Positions 1 to 14,529 are shown, counted from the first letter of the stretch. The stretch is DNA of 64,000 nt from Eledone cirrhosa (GCA_964016885.1 OZ024747.1:19158001-19222000); one strand, 5' to 3'. Translations and numbers: made by a program. The notes: generated by a model not told the origin, from the letters alone.

Positions 1-37
1 ACTACGGTATCTTAAATACATATTCCAATCATATATT

Positions 38-641
<604 letters not shown>

Positions 642-671
642 AATCTATCTATCTATCTATCTATCTATCTA

Positions 672-1131
672 TGGTGGACGCGTCTGAAAGGACTGAGGTC
701 AGACACCTTTCTCTCTGGCCAACAACTGGTCCGTTTCTTCCGATATCATTTCGGAAGAAGGATCAGGATGGAGAGAGAGGTGCTGCACCCCAGCCGTTTT
801 TATGAAAGATGGGTGAAAGTGGCGAGAATGGCCCGTGTGAATGGGCCTTCACTCTACATCAGACTATAGGTGAGGAAGATGAAAGACCAAGGGAGCACCC
901 CTTCTCTGTGCTCCTGAGGAAAAGGGTTGCACACTTTTTTCGGGGGTGTGTGCGACCCCCCAAGGCGCCTCCTCTCTATTGAGGATTTTGCTATATATTT
1001 TATTCTGTTATATTTTATTTTATTTTTATATTTTGTTATTGCCTCCTCCTTATTGAGGACGCCTTGTTTTGTAAACTCCCCCCCCATTGTACTTGTCCCA
1101 CTTTTGATGCCCTGGTGGCAAATAAAAGAAA
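672..1131 (+). mobile_element. Second, diverged copy of the same Tx1-like 3' end
   Basis: Colinear with ~207-641 (TGAGGTCAGACACCTTTCTCT, GATCAGGATGGAGAGAGAGGTGCTG, GAATGGGCCTTC); ends GCAAATAAAAGAAA + (CTAT)n. Confidence 0.65.
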
Positions 1132-1152
1132 CATATCTATCTATCTATCTAC

Positions 1153-1258
<106 letters not shown>

Positions 1259-1670
1259 AAATATATATATATGTAAATATATATATAAATATATATAAGT
1301 ATATATATAAATATATATATATGTATATACGAAGGTGAGTGATGGTGGTATTGGTGGCGTGTTGCTGGAACTGGTGGCCATGGTGGTTATAACAGGGGTA
1401 GTGATGATAAATTCCTTGAAGTGTAATTGAATAGAATATCATCAGCATTAGGCAGGGAAATATGCCAAGTTGCCAAATTTAAGTGATTTTACCAGTCATA
1501 ACTTTTATTGAGAGACTCTCAATATTATTGACAATATCTCGGTGTGTGTGGGGTGGTGGGGGGTGGTGATCAGATATAGGTAACGATTGGATGGAGGTTA
1601 AGGTTGTTATGGAAATGGTAATAAGAAGATAATTGGTTTCGGTAGGGAACCATAATATTAATGTATCATT

Positions 1671-1706
<36 letters not shown>

Positions 1707-1728
1707 CACATGTATGTGTGTGTGTATG

Positions 1729-1870
<142 letters not shown>

Positions 1871-1901
1871 AGTTATTAATATATATATATATATATATAC
1901 A

Positions 1902-1967
<66 letters not shown>

Positions 1968-2029
1968 AATATATATATATATATGTATATGTATGTGTGT
2001 GAATGCATGTGTGCGCGAGTATATAGGTG

Positions 2030-2079
<50 letters not shown>

Positions 2080-2123
2080 CATATATATATGCACATATAT
2101 ACACGTGTGTGTGTGTATGTAAG

Positions 2124-3050
2124 TTTGGTACTGAATTGACAGAGTCGTTAGAATGTCGGATAGAATACCTTGCGGTATTCGTTTCAGCTCTCTGGGTTCA
2201 AATACCGCTGAAGTGAACTTTGCCTTTCTCTCTTTCGAGGTTGATAAAACAATACTATTCCAGTACTGGGGTCGATTCTTCTTCTATATCCCCCCCCCTC
2301 TCACTCTCTCTCTCTCTCTCTCCCCCCTCTTTCTCCCCCTCTCTTCCCCCCTCTCTCTCTCTCGCCCTCTCTCTCTCTGCTTCTCTGGAATAAGTGTTCA
2401 GACTTAGAGAGGAGATATTGCCTTTCTCTCTTTCGAGGTTGATAAAACAATACTATTCCAGTACTGGGGTCGATTCTTCTTCTATATCCCCCCCCTCTCA
2501 CTCTCTCTCTCTCTCTCTCCCCCCCTCTTTCTCCCCCTCTCTTCCCCCCTCTCTCTCTCTCGCCCTCTCTCTCTCTGCTTCTCTGGAATAAGTGTTCAGA
2601 CTTAGAGAGGAGATATTGCCTTTCTCTCTTTCGAGGTTGATAAAAAAATACTATTCCAGTACTGGGGTCGATTCTTCTTCTATATCTCACCCCCCCTCTC
2701 TCTCACTCTCTCTCTCTCTCCCTCTCTCCCTCTCTTTCTCCCCTTCTCTTCCCCCTCTCTCTCTCTCTCTGCTTCTCTGGAATAAGTGTTCAGACTTAGA
2801 GAGGAGATATTGCCTTTCTCTCTTTCGAGGTTGATAAAAAAATACTATTCCAGTACTTGGGTCGATTCTTCTTCTATATCTCCCCCCCCCCCTCTCTCTC
2901 TCTCTCCCTCTCTCTCTCTTCCCCCCTCTCTCTCGTCCTCTCTCACTCTGCTTCTCTGGAATAAGTGTTCAGACTTAGAGAGGAGATATTCTCCGCCAGG
3001 TGAAAGAGGCCCACCAACTCCCCTTACGACCTCATCTGGAGTTACGGGTC
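2124..3050 (+). repeat. tRNA-derived SINE whose 3' half is tandemly amplified (~196-bp unit, 4 copies, with internal CT tracts)
   Basis: B-box GGGTTCAAATACC near 2195; unit TTGCCTTTCTCTCTTTCGAGGTTGATAAAA...GACTTAGAGAGGAGATA starts at ~2220, 2418, 2616 and 2810; a related single copy lies at ~33925-34120. Confidence 0.75.
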
Positions 3051-3548
3051 TACACGCACGTACACATACACACATATGTATTTGCACATGTACACATACA
3101 TGTACACATTCATATGCACACACACACACACATATATATATTGAATAACAAATATTTATGCTCTCCACTGTGTATATTTGAAGACCTAAGATAAATTCAA
3201 TGTAGATATACCTGAAGTTTTTGATTAAGTCTCGCTATTAAAATAAACAAATGTAAACACTCTTGTTATTCTCTTTTCACACATAAAAACTGAAAAGGTT
3301 GCCTTTAAGCGCTTGGTAGCTAGCTGGATGTTCACCAGAAAACAAATTCCACCCGCAAAGGAGATCTATAGCTATCGTTATCTCTGTCAAACAAAACTAA
3401 ACTGCAATGGCGAGACTAATTTTTAGGACGTGCATTCGCATGGATCCATAATTCCTGAGAGAACTGAGGGTGGTCATCGTCATGACGTATGGCTCGGCTC
3501 GGGAGTTTTAAACCTGGTGGAGCCCATCACCTCTCCAGCTCTGAACAT

Positions 3549-3561
3549 AGCCGATTTCTTT

Positions 3562-3647
<86 letters not shown>

Positions 3648-3768
3648 AAGAGAAGGAATCTAGCAAAGTACTGACAGCCGATTTCTTCTACACAGACAGA
3701 GAGCGAGAGAGAACGAGAGAGAAAGAAAGAGAAGGAATCTAGCAAAGTACTGACAGCCGATTTCTTCT

Positions 3769-3857
<89 letters not shown>

Positions 3858-4124
3858 AAGAGAAGGAATCTAGCAAAGTACTGACAGCCGATTTCTTCTA
3901 CACACACAGAGAGCGAGAGAGAACGAGAGAGAGAAAGAAAGAGAAGGAATCTAGCAAAGTACTGACAGCCGATTTCTTCCACAGAGAGAGAGAGAGAGAG
4001 AGTGAGAGAGGGAGAGAGAGAGAGAGAAGGAATCTAGCAAAGTACTGACAGCCGATTTCTTCCACAGAGAGAGAGAGAGAGAGAAGGAATCTAGCAAAGT
4101 ACTGTCAGCCGATTTCTTCCACAC

Positions 4125-4157
<33 letters not shown>

Positions 4158-4492
4158 AGGAATCTAGCAAAGTACTGTCAGCCGATTTCTTCCACAGAGA
4201 GAGAGAGAGAGAGAGAGAAAGATAGAAAGAGAGAAAGAGAGAGAAGGAATCTAGCAAAGTACTGACAGCCGATTTCTTCCACAGAGAGAGAGAGAGAGAG
4301 AGAAGGAATCTAGCAAAGTACTGTCAGCCGATTTCTTCCACACAGAGAGATAGAGATAGAGAGAGAGAAAGAGAGAGAAGGAATCTAGCAAAGTACTGTC
4401 AGCCGATTTCTTCCACAGAGGGAGAGAGATAGAGATAGAGAGAGAGAAAGAGAGAGAAGGAATCTAGCAAAGTACTGTCAGCCGATTTCTTC

Positions 4493-4549
<57 letters not shown>

Positions 4550-4598
4550 AAGAAAGAGAGAGAAGGAATCTAGCAAAGTACTGACAGCCGATTTCTTC

Positions 4599-4634
<36 letters not shown>

Positions 4635-4669
4635 AGGAATCTAGCAAAGTACTGACAGCCGATTTCTTC

Positions 4670-4728
<59 letters not shown>

Positions 4729-4847
4729 AGAAAGAGAGAAAGAGAGAGAAGGAATCTAGCAAAGTACTGACAGCCGATTTCTTCCACACACAGAGAGAGA
4801 GAGAGAGAGAGAAGGAATCTAGCAAAGTACTGACAGCCGATTTCTTC

Positions 4848-4884
<37 letters not shown>

Positions 4885-4960
4885 AATCTAGCAAAGTACT
4901 GACAGCCGATTTCTTCCACACACACACACAGAGAGAGAGAGAAGAGAGAAGGATTCTAGT
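3549..4960. repeat. Compound satellite: constant ~40-bp block alternating with variable (AG)n
   Basis: About 16 copies of AGAAGGAATCTAGCAAAGTACTG(A/T)CAGCCGATTTCTTC separated by AG tracts of differing length. Confidence 0.95.
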
Positions 4961-4971
4961 AAATTACTGGA

Positions 4972-5115
4972 CTAGTACTTTTTTTTATCGTCCACGAAAG
5001 AATGAAAGGCAAAGTCGACCTGGAAGGGATTTGAACTCAGAACACAGAGAACCAGAACGAATAACGCTAAACATTCCATCTGAAATCCTAATGATTCTGC
5101 TAATTCGCCATTTTC
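4972..5115 (-). mobile_element. Diverged tRNA-derived SINE (main family)
   Basis: TGAAAGGCAAAGTCGACC...GGATTTGAACTCAG is the reverse complement of the family core and B-box. Confidence 0.7.
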
Positions 5116-5749
5116 AGCTCTATATTTATGTTTACTTAAATAACCACAATGACTCTTCCACAATATAATTATTATGATATAGTTATATCTATATGGATTA
5201 TCTAGCAATCAATCAACCGGTCTTTTTTTTTTTATAGATAGCCATACAAAATATCTAATTTATTGCCCAACTACCCAACCACACGTTTATCTGTTTGTTG
5301 ATCTATCTATTTAATTATGCATTTCTACATCTTTGCAAAAATTAAAAAAAATTATATCAAAAACTATCATCGCCATCCCCAACGATATAATATTCTTTAA
5401 AAAAAACAACATATTTCAGCAATGTCTTTGTAAACAATTTAAAGGGTGTAACATTTTAACTATTAAATTAACGAAAAAAAATATGAGGTGTTGTTTTTTG
5501 TTACTACACGTTTGAAATACAGAATTTACTTTTCTCAATATATATTTTGTATTTATGCTATTTAAAAAAAAACATGTACATTTGTGAAATAATATAATTA
5601 TGAACGTAAATGCACAGTATGTAAAAAATAAATTGAATTTTATACTTCTCTCTCACTTTCTCTCACTCGTTTCTCCCCCTCTCTTTTTCACAAGCACGTA
5701 GCTTTATGATACATAGATACACACGCACACTCATTCATGTTTAATAGAG

Positions 5750-5876
5750 GCATGGCTTCTACAAGACTAGAATTGTTTCATTCAAAAGAAATAATCAGGA
5801 AAGCTTTCCTGTAGAAGCCATTTTACATTTTATTGAGTAACTTACTAACTGTGGTAACCCCCGATTGAACCCGGGA
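5750..5876. mobile_element. Decayed fold-back remnant of the 54641-55298 HHR family
   Basis: TTCTACAAGACTAGAATTGTTTCATTC...AATCAGGA matches the minus arm at 54660-54703 (core decayed to CTGATTA); the tail TATTGAGTAACTTACTAACTGTGGTAACCCCCGATTGAACCCGG matches 55250-55293. Confidence 0.7.
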
Positions 5877-5958
5877 CTCACCCCCCCCCCCACACATATA
5901 TCTATATCTATATATAGATGTGTGTGTGTGCGTGTGTGCGTATGTATTCATCCATATG

Positions 5959-8680
5959 CAGGGGCTGTGGACCGGGTGGGGGTGTGCACCCCCCCATAAT
6001 TATATTTTCTTTCCAAACTACCAAAAAACACATCTATTTGTATAAGCGCTACAATATATGTACATGCTATGTAGAGATAGATGGGAGAGATAGATATAGA
6101 TATAGAGAGGGGGGAGAGCTTGGTGGTAATTAATATAGACAGGAAGGTTGGGAGAGTCTGTTGTATATTAGATATAGAGAGGGGAGAGATTGATGTTTAT
6201 TGATATAGAGAGGAGGATTGGAAGAGAGTTCCGTGTAGTAGAAATAGAGAAGGGGAGAGTTTGGTGTTAATTGATATAGAGAGGAGGATTGGAAGAGAGT
6301 TCCGTGTAGTAGATATAGAGAAGGGGAGAGTTTGGTGTTAATTGATATAGAGAGGGGGATTGGAAGAGAGTTCCGTGTAGTAGAAATAGAGAAGGGGAGA
6401 GTTTGGTGTTAATTGATATAGAGAGGGGGATTGGAAGAGAGTTCCGTGTAGTAGATATAGAGAAGGGGAGAGTTTGGTGTTAATTGATATAGAGAGGAGT
6501 ATTGGAAGAGAGTTCCGTGTAGTAGATATAGAGAAGGGGAGAGTTTGGTGTTAATTGATATAGAGAGGAGGATTGGAAGAGAGTTCCGTGTAGTAGATAT
6601 AGAGAGGGGAGAGATTGATGTTTATTGATATAGAGAGGAGGATTGGAAGAGAGTTCCGTGTAGTAGATATAGAGAAGGGGAGAGTTTGGTGTTAATTGAT
6701 ATAGAGAGGAGGATTGGAAGAGAGTTCCGTGTAGTAGATATAGAGAAGGGGAGAGTTTGGTGTTAATTGATATAGAGAGGGGGATTGGAAGAGAGTTCCG
6801 TGTAGTAGAAATAGAGAAGGGGAGAGTTTGGTGTTAATTGATATAGAGAGGGGGATTGGAAGAGAGTTCCGTGTAGTAGAAATAGAGAAGGGGAGAGTTT
6901 GGTGTTAATTGATATAGAGAGGAGTATTGGAAGAGAGTTCCGTGTAGTAGATATAGAGAAGGGGAGAGTTTGGTGTTAATTGATATAGAGAGGAGGATTG
7001 GAAGAGAGTTCCGTGTAGTAGATATAGAGAAGGGGAGAGTTTGGTGTTAATTGATATAGAGAGGAGGATTGGAAGAGAGTTCCGTGTAGTAGAAATAGAG
7101 AAGGGGAGAGTTTGGTGTTAATTGATATAGAGAGGAGGATTGGAAGAGAGTTCCGTGTAGTAGATATAGAGAAGGGGAGAGTTTGGTGTTAATTGATATA
7201 GAGAGGAGGATTGGAAGAGAGTTCCGTGTAGTAGAAATAGAGAAGGGGAGAGTTTGGTGTTAATTGATATAGAGAGGAGGATTGGAAGAGAGTTCCGTGT
7301 AGTAGAAATAGAGAAGGGGAGAGTTTGGTGTTAATTGATATAGAGAGGAGTATTGGAAGAGAGTTCCGTGTAGTAGATATAGAGAAGGGGAGAGTTTGGT
7401 GTTAATTGATATAGAGAGGAGTATTGGAAGAGAGTTCCGTGTAGTAGATATAGAGAAGGGGAGAGTTTGGTGTTAATTGATATAGAGAGGAGAAGTGGAA
7501 GAGAGTTCCGTGTAGTAGATATAGAGAAGGGGAGAGTTTGGTGTTAATTGATATAGAGAGGAGGATTGGAAGAGAGTTCCGTGTAGTAGAAATAGAGAAG
7601 GGGAGAGTTTGGTGTTAATTGATATAGAGAGGAGGATTGGAAGAGAGTTCCGTGTAGTAGAAATAGAGAAGGGGAGAGTTTGGTGTTAATTGATATAGAG
7701 AGGAGGATTGGAAGAGAGTTCCGTGTAGTAGATATAGAGAAGGGGAGAGTTTGGTGTTAATTGATATAGAGAGGAGAAGTGGAAGAGAGTTCCGTGTAGT
7801 AGATATAGAGAAGGGGAGAGTTTGGTGTTAATTGATATAGAGAGGAGGATTGGAAGAGAGTTCCGTGTAGTAGAAATAGAGAAGGGGAGAGTTTGGTGTT
7901 AATTGATATAGAGAGGAGGATTGGAAGAGAGTTCCGTGTAGTAGAAATAGAGAAGGGGAGAGTTTGGTGTTAATTGATATAGAGAGGAGGATTGGAAGAG
8001 AGTTCCGTGTAGTAGATATAGAGAAGGGGAGAGTTTGGTGTTAATTGATATAGAGAGGAGTATTGGAAGAGAGTTCCGTGTAGTAGATATAGAGAAGGGG
8101 AGAGTTTGGTGTTAATTGATATAGAGAGGAGGATTGGAAGAGAGTTCCGTGTAGTAGAAATAGAGAAGGGGAGAGTTTGGTGTTAATTGATATAGAGAGG
8201 AGTATTGGAAGAGAGTTCCGTATAGTAGATATAGAGAAGGGGAGAGTTTGGTGTTAATTGATATAGAGAGGAGAAGTGGAAGAGAGTTCCGTGTAGTAGA
8301 TATAGAGAAGGGGAGAGTTTGGTGTTAATTGATATAGAGAGGAGTATTGGAAGAGAGTTCCGTGTAGTAGATATAGAGAAGGGGAGAGTTTGGTGTTAAT
8401 TGATATAGAGAGGAGTATTGGAAGAGAGTTCCGTGTAGTAGATATAGAGAAGGGGAGAGTTTGGTGTTAATTGATATAGAGAGGAGAAGTGGAAGAGAGT
8501 TCCGTGTAGTAGATATAGAGAAGGGGAGAGTTTGGTGTTAATTGATATAGAGAGGAGAAGTGGAAGAGAGTTCCGTGTAGTAGAAATAGAGAGGGGGATG
8601 TCCCCCCTCCCCCCATAATTATATTTTTCTCCCCAAACTACCGAACACACATCTATTCAGAAATGTGCTCACCGCCCCTG
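5959..8680. mobile_element. Non-autonomous TIR element (MITE-like) carrying an expanded internal satellite
   Basis: Ends CAGGGGCTGTG / CACCGCCCCTG (10/11 inverted match); flanked by the 5-bp direct repeat ATATG (5954-5958, 8681-8685); internal direct repeat CCCCCCATAATTATATTTT...CCAAACTACC...CACATCTATT near both ends. Confidence 0.65.
6170..8595. repeat. 71-bp purine-rich minisatellite, ~34 copies
   Basis: Unit GATATAGAGAGGAGGATTGGAAGAGAGTTCCGTGTAGTAGATATAGAGAAGGGGAGAGTTTGGTGTTAATT; CCGTG recurs every 71 bp from 6231 to 8573. Confidence 0.97.
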
Positions 8681-9018
8681 ATATGTTGTGTGTGTACGTG
8701 TGCGCATGAATGTATGTGTTTCTCTTTTTTAAAATTCCTTCAATGTGTGTGGCTGGTGGGGGTGGGGTGGGGGTGCAGAATCCCCAAACACTCCTTCCAG
8801 CGGATCCTGTCAGAAGCAACAGTCTACAACTTATCCGGCTGGATCCCCAAGCGAGACCAGCCAAGCTCATGGATATTATCCAACTATCTTACTCGGGGTC
8901 TACCCCTTAAATCTCCCGCCGGTTGGTTTTGCCCATAAAATCTGTCCAGCGTTTCTTTCCTGAGACATTCTAACCACATGCCCCATCTTGGGTAATATTA
9001 GTCGATCATTATAAATAA

Positions 9019-9213
9019 GGGCGGTGGATTGGCAGTATCGGTAGATAGAGGGTCGGACACCATGCTTTGACGCATAGAGTTACGGCCCTTTCCATCCTGA
9101 GTTCAAATCCCGCCGAGGCTAACTTTGCCTTTCATCCTTACGGGGTCGATAAAATAAAGTACCAGTAATGCACTGGGTAATTGCTGGCCTTGTGCCAAAA
9201 GTAGAAACAATTA
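9019..9213 (+). mobile_element. Full-length tRNA-derived SINE (main family) with TSD
   Basis: GGGCGGTGGATTGGCAGTATCGG head, B-box GAGTTCAAATCC, core GCCTTTCATCCTTACGGGGTCGATAAAATAAAGTACCAG (resembles the Meta/MESC-type core); TSD TTATAAATAA at 9009 and 9211. Confidence 0.92.
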
Positions 9214-9433
9214 TAAATAATAGTTAAGAAAATCGGGTAAAGTACCTCTGCAGATAGAAATATGTAGACAGAGTCGCCAGCAGTACTTAACAGAATTTCT
9301 CAACTATTATTTATAATGATCGACTATTATTATAGTGGTCATTTACGTTTGGATGCATACATTTCAAATTTTTTCAATATTTCTTAAGTTAACTGGATGT
9401 CCACACTTATATATCTAATATATTTGTATGCTT

Positions 9434-9529
<96 letters not shown>

Positions 9530-10384
9530 TCACACACACATATATATATATAGCGAGAGAGCAGACAGAAAGAGTGGCTTCTTGTTCGACATCCTTATCC
9601 ATTTACATAAGGGAAAACCCCAAGTTTGTCGACTCAACACTCGCCAATCTGCTTAGGCCATTGTTCCCTATTCAAGACAAGGCCAGCAGTTTCATTAATT
9701 CTAGCAGTCTGCTATATCCTTCTTGACGTTCGAAATGTATGTTTTTCATAAAATTTCCTCAGAACGCTGGCTATATCTTCCTTGACGTTGAAAATGTATT
9801 TTTTCTTAAAGTTCCTCTTTGTAGCCTTGCTTTTGTGATTCAAAAAGTGGTCGATGGTATATTTGGTTTTCCTAAACCATTTTCAATTAAAATCAATATA
9901 TTTAAATATAAAATGTTATTAGCTTATAGTCTGAAGTTTTGAGATTAGCTGCAAAGTCTTCAATAAAAAAAAAAAATGTAAATGTCAGTTAATGTTGCAA
10001 GAAACAATATGGCTTCAGAATTTATTTACCATCCCAGTACTCTGAATATCATTGCAGAAATGCCCCAACGTACATTCTCAATGAAAGACACTTGTTTATA
10101 AACCTAGAATAATAACAGCAGAGAATATTAAAATGTCATGCATATAGTTTACAAAGAACAACATCAAAACCCTTTACATACAGCATATACATTTTTTTTT
10201 CGAATCAATAAACATTATCAATTCAACAACGCTGCCCCACAAAATATTCAAGTATAGATGAATCAGCATCGTTCCAACAAAGCTAAGTATTGACTCAAAA
10301 ACTGACATATGCAGGCGTAACATATTCATTCAATCTATGCATTGCAGAAATGTGTCTTACATTAAGAACTATTTCTAAGACTAT

Positions 10385-10577
10385 CAATTTTTGGGGAGGG
10401 GAATGTTGATTAAATCGAACTCAGTGCTTTAATGGTACTTTATTTTATTGACCTCGGAAGTATAAAAGGTTTAAGTTGATCTCGACAGGATTTGAACTCA
10501 GAACGTAAAGAGCCAAAACTAAATGCTGCAAAACATTTTGGGTAATACTCCAACGATTCTGCAAATTCTCCGCCTTC
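10385..10577 (-). mobile_element. Old diverged SINE (main family)
   Basis: GGTACTTTATTTTATTGACC...GGATTTGAACTCAGAACGTAAAG...TCTCCGCC. Confidence 0.7.
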
Positions 10578-10749
10578 AGCCTCATACATTACTAACAACA
10601 AATTCCCTACATAATAACATATGAAAATAACCTCTTAGAGGTCATTTAACATAAAACTAGCATTACAACTATAATCTACCCAGTGTAATCTCCTGTTATA
10701 AAAAAAAAAATATAAGCTAGTTGTATGCACAACAAGGAAGACAAAACGA

Positions 10750-10794
<45 letters not shown>

Positions 10795-10827
10795 AATAGA
10801 ATGAAACGAAATTTCATTTCTCACTCT

Positions 10828-10924
<97 letters not shown>

Positions 10925-11137
10925 GTGTGTGTATGTATATATATATATGTATATATATATTAGAGTTTATCGATTGAAGTAATGCAGTTTATATATATAT
11001 ACAGAAAAGTCTTTCAACTGAGATACACATAAAATAAAATACGATTGTGCATGAAAGTAACTCCGCAGAGAAGGGAATAGGTGAATTGCTTGAACAGGGT
11101 CATTGAAAAGAAAGATGAGAGAGAGAGAGAGAGAGGG

Positions 11138-11190
<53 letters not shown>

Positions 11191-11288
11191 ACTGGGCTAA
11201 GGGGAGCCAATTAGTGCAGATAGGTTGAAGATGAGGGCAGAATTGCAATCTGGGAAGAAGCGGGTTAAGGTACAGAATATGGGATATA

Positions 11289-11424
<136 letters not shown>

Positions 11425-12845
11425 AAAAGGATATGAAAAGACAAGAATGTTGCGAGGTAAACCATTGTAGGACAATATTTAGCATCTAAATGGTAGCAAA
11501 AATAAGTATAAAAGACAAAGGAAAATATAAGACACTGGCAACCGCAACAAAAGCAGCACACATAAATACCCCTTCTCTGGCAGCCTACTATGAGTTAATG
11601 AGGTTTCGAAAGTAGGATAGAATCACAATCTCATAACCATGCCAGTAAAATCTAAGGATTTTACTCTGTGGACATAATAATTTGAAATTTTAAAACCGTC
11701 TTTGATCATCACTGAATTTGGACCACCTATGGAAAATATATTTCGATAACAGCAAGTAGGTCAACCAAAATTGTTTTGATATCTACCGAACCAATACTTT
11801 TTTCTTTCTATTTCTCTCTTCAAACTGACAGACATAGATAAATATGATTCTAAATTCACAATAATGGTTTCTATAAAAAACGTGAATGAACCATAATGTA
11901 TATAGTTTGATTGGGTAGAAATAAATATTAGAACATTTGTAATATGATTATGAAAACGAATAAGCTAATAAAAAATCTACTGTTTCGACCCCCAAAACGG
12001 CAAACTCAGCAAGCTGTATGTATTTGGAATAAATCTGTTATTTATATAACCTCAGAGAGAAAATATTCTACTGTAAAGCTATTTGCAACTGACAGAAAAT
12101 GAAATAGAGCTGAAAATCGGATGAAAATGGTCGACCTTCTCAAGTTGTCTCCCCTGATATTTTTTTTAACAAGAAAAGAAAGAAAGCCAATGTCATGGGA
12201 TGAGACTAAAAAAGAAGCATAAATCACATTTGCAAAAACAAACAACCCCCGCCTCAAAGATTAATCAATTTTCTTCGAAAATGGCTCCGAATTCTATGAA
12301 AGATTTCCGTTTAAAAACCATAATTAATGATATAAGTTTAAAAGAGTGAGCAGGCTGGAACCAGAAAACGTTTTAATGGTTAGAAATAGTACGATATAAA
12401 TTGCAAAGAATTGTGCTTTCCTTCATTCCAGACACAACGCTTGCTAAGCAACAGCGAATATTCTATGCAAGAATACTTGTATGTGTTTGTATGTATGCAA
12501 AAGGCCATTGATTTTTGCATCTAAACGATTTCGAAAGAGGCTCTTTTATAGACTCTCCAAGTAAAATATATTTTATAGACTTTCTGTAAGATATACTTCT
12601 GTCTCGTCGCTGTTTATGTAAATAACCACATATGAAAAACCACCTGCTAAGCGAAAGATTTTGTATCTTTATATTTACTTTAAAATGTTGTTATTTTTTA
12701 CAGCTTCGGGTTTAAAAGCAACAGAGGAAAGAGGATGCCCCCAAGAGGTAAATAACTTCCCATTCTATCTTTGCCGTCGCTTCTCGTTTTCAAGTATACA
12801 TACATAAATCAAATGAAAAAAAACTTACACACACACAGACACACA

Positions 12846-13009
<164 letters not shown>

Positions 13010-13015
13010 CACACT

Positions 13016-13055
<40 letters not shown>

Positions 13056-13564
13056 TATATTTGTTTTTCTGGACTTATAATTTTATAAATTTCCACCAAT
13101 AGAGAAAGAACCGGTTTCTAACATAGAGACAAGACTTTCATTGGAATTTAGACAATATCAACTAGGTAAATATGTATGTCGATGTGTTAGTGTGTGTGTG
13201 TCGGTATAGATGTTATTGTATGTGTGATTCTGTATATTTTGAGTTATATGTGTACAGGTACATATGTTTCTGTATCTATACATGTATATATGCAGTTATT
13301 ACATGATGAATTTCTGAAATGTTTTAAATATTTTTACAGTCCCATTAATTAACTGTATATGCAACTTCCTAACTAGTGTGCCGTTTCTGGTTCTGTGAAG
13401 ACCAGTTTCTCAAGATTTGTACTGAGGCAATTAATAACATACCCAAGATCTCCAATTTTCACAGGTACAAATCTAAAGGTGTAGTTAGGGTGGAGTATCT
13501 GTAGATCCTTCATTAGTTCAGTATAAATGTTCTCCTTTTCCCTAATCTTAAGCATTATATTGAC

Positions 13565-13742
13565 TGGCAGTATCGGTAGAGGGTTGGACGCCATGCTTTC
13601 TAGCATAGTTACGTCCCTTTACAGTCTGAGTTCAAATCCCGCCGAGGTTAACTTTGCCTTTCATCCTTATGGGGTCGATAAAATAAAGTACCAGTAATGT
13701 ACTGGGTAATTGCTGGCCTTGTGCCTAAAGTAGAAACAATTA
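13565..13742 (+). mobile_element. tRNA-derived SINE inserted in the RLE remnant
   Basis: Family sequence; TSD ATTATATTGAC at 13554-13564 and 13739-13749. Confidence 0.92.
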
Positions 13743-14028
13743 TATTGACATTTGCTAGGCAGCTGATATCTACAACTGCGCTTGCCTCTGTTCCATATCA
13801 TTGTGTCTGGCCTGTTATTAATGCATTTAATTGATGTTTTGACTGGAACATTCCACCAGTACTCTTCCATATTATGTATATCTTTCACATCACTGTATCC
13901 TTTTATATTTTTATTCTCAGGACTATCCTTTCTACGGATTACATAGTATAGTGTATTGGCCACTATATCATACCTCACTGGTAGATAGTATGATGATAAT
14001 ATCTTTGGACAGCTGTTATGATATAGAC

Positions 14029-14230
14029 CAGGCATGTCAAACTGAGGGTCCCCTAGAGAGCCACATGGATCACATATATGTTGTCTGAGGGCCACACCGG
14101 ACAACTAACTGTGCACATTACATCTAATTGTTTTTATTTTATATTACGAAGATAAAACATGACCGCGCCGTAAAAACCTTTGTGCAGGTCACAGGTGTGC
14201 TTGTAAAGAGTCGCATGTTTGACATGCTTG
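14029..14230. mobile_element. hAT (Charlie/Buster-type) MITE
   Basis: TIR CAGGCATGTCAAAC / GTTTGACATGCTTG (13/14); 8-bp TSD ATATAGAC / GTATAGAC. Confidence 0.85.
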
Positions 14231-14529
14231 GTATAGACGATATTCTGGATGCTTATTTCGTCGAGTATGCATCTGTTGTCACATTTAGGTGTTTTGATGG
14301 CATCCCTACCTTTTTTGTGAACTTGGATTGCAAAAGAATATCCTTCAAAGTGAGAGCCAATATACCGGCTGTTGGTCCAAGATAGACTATTTTGCTTCCA
14401 GCAAATTCTTTTATTAAGGTCGAGTCAATATCCTGTTAATCAGGAGTTTCACCGGTGTGATCACAGGGCCATTAGATAAATTTGACGAAGGTAACAGGAC
14501 AACGACTCGACCGTAATAATATCATTATG

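Larger units (their letters stand above)
13373..14420 (-). pseudogene. R4/Dong-like non-LTR retrotransposon C-terminal remnant (zinc knuckle + restriction-like endonuclease), split by a SINE and a MITE
   Basis: Minus-strand frames give SHFEGYSFAIQ, KCDNRC, SCPKILSSYYLPVRYDIVANTLY, WWNVPVKTSIKCINNRPD and VVDISC..NVNIMLKIREKENIY..L..L..LHPNYTFRFVPVKIGDLGY (PD-(D/E)xK type); frameshifted. Confidence 0.8.

Noticed and set aside
3549-4960. CRISPR-like repeat-spacer array
   Set aside because: The spacers are only (AG)n, there are no cas genes, and the context is eukaryotic
9019-9213. tRNA gene calls at SINE heads
   Set aside because: A/B boxes are present, but there is no cloverleaf and they are always fused to the SINE core
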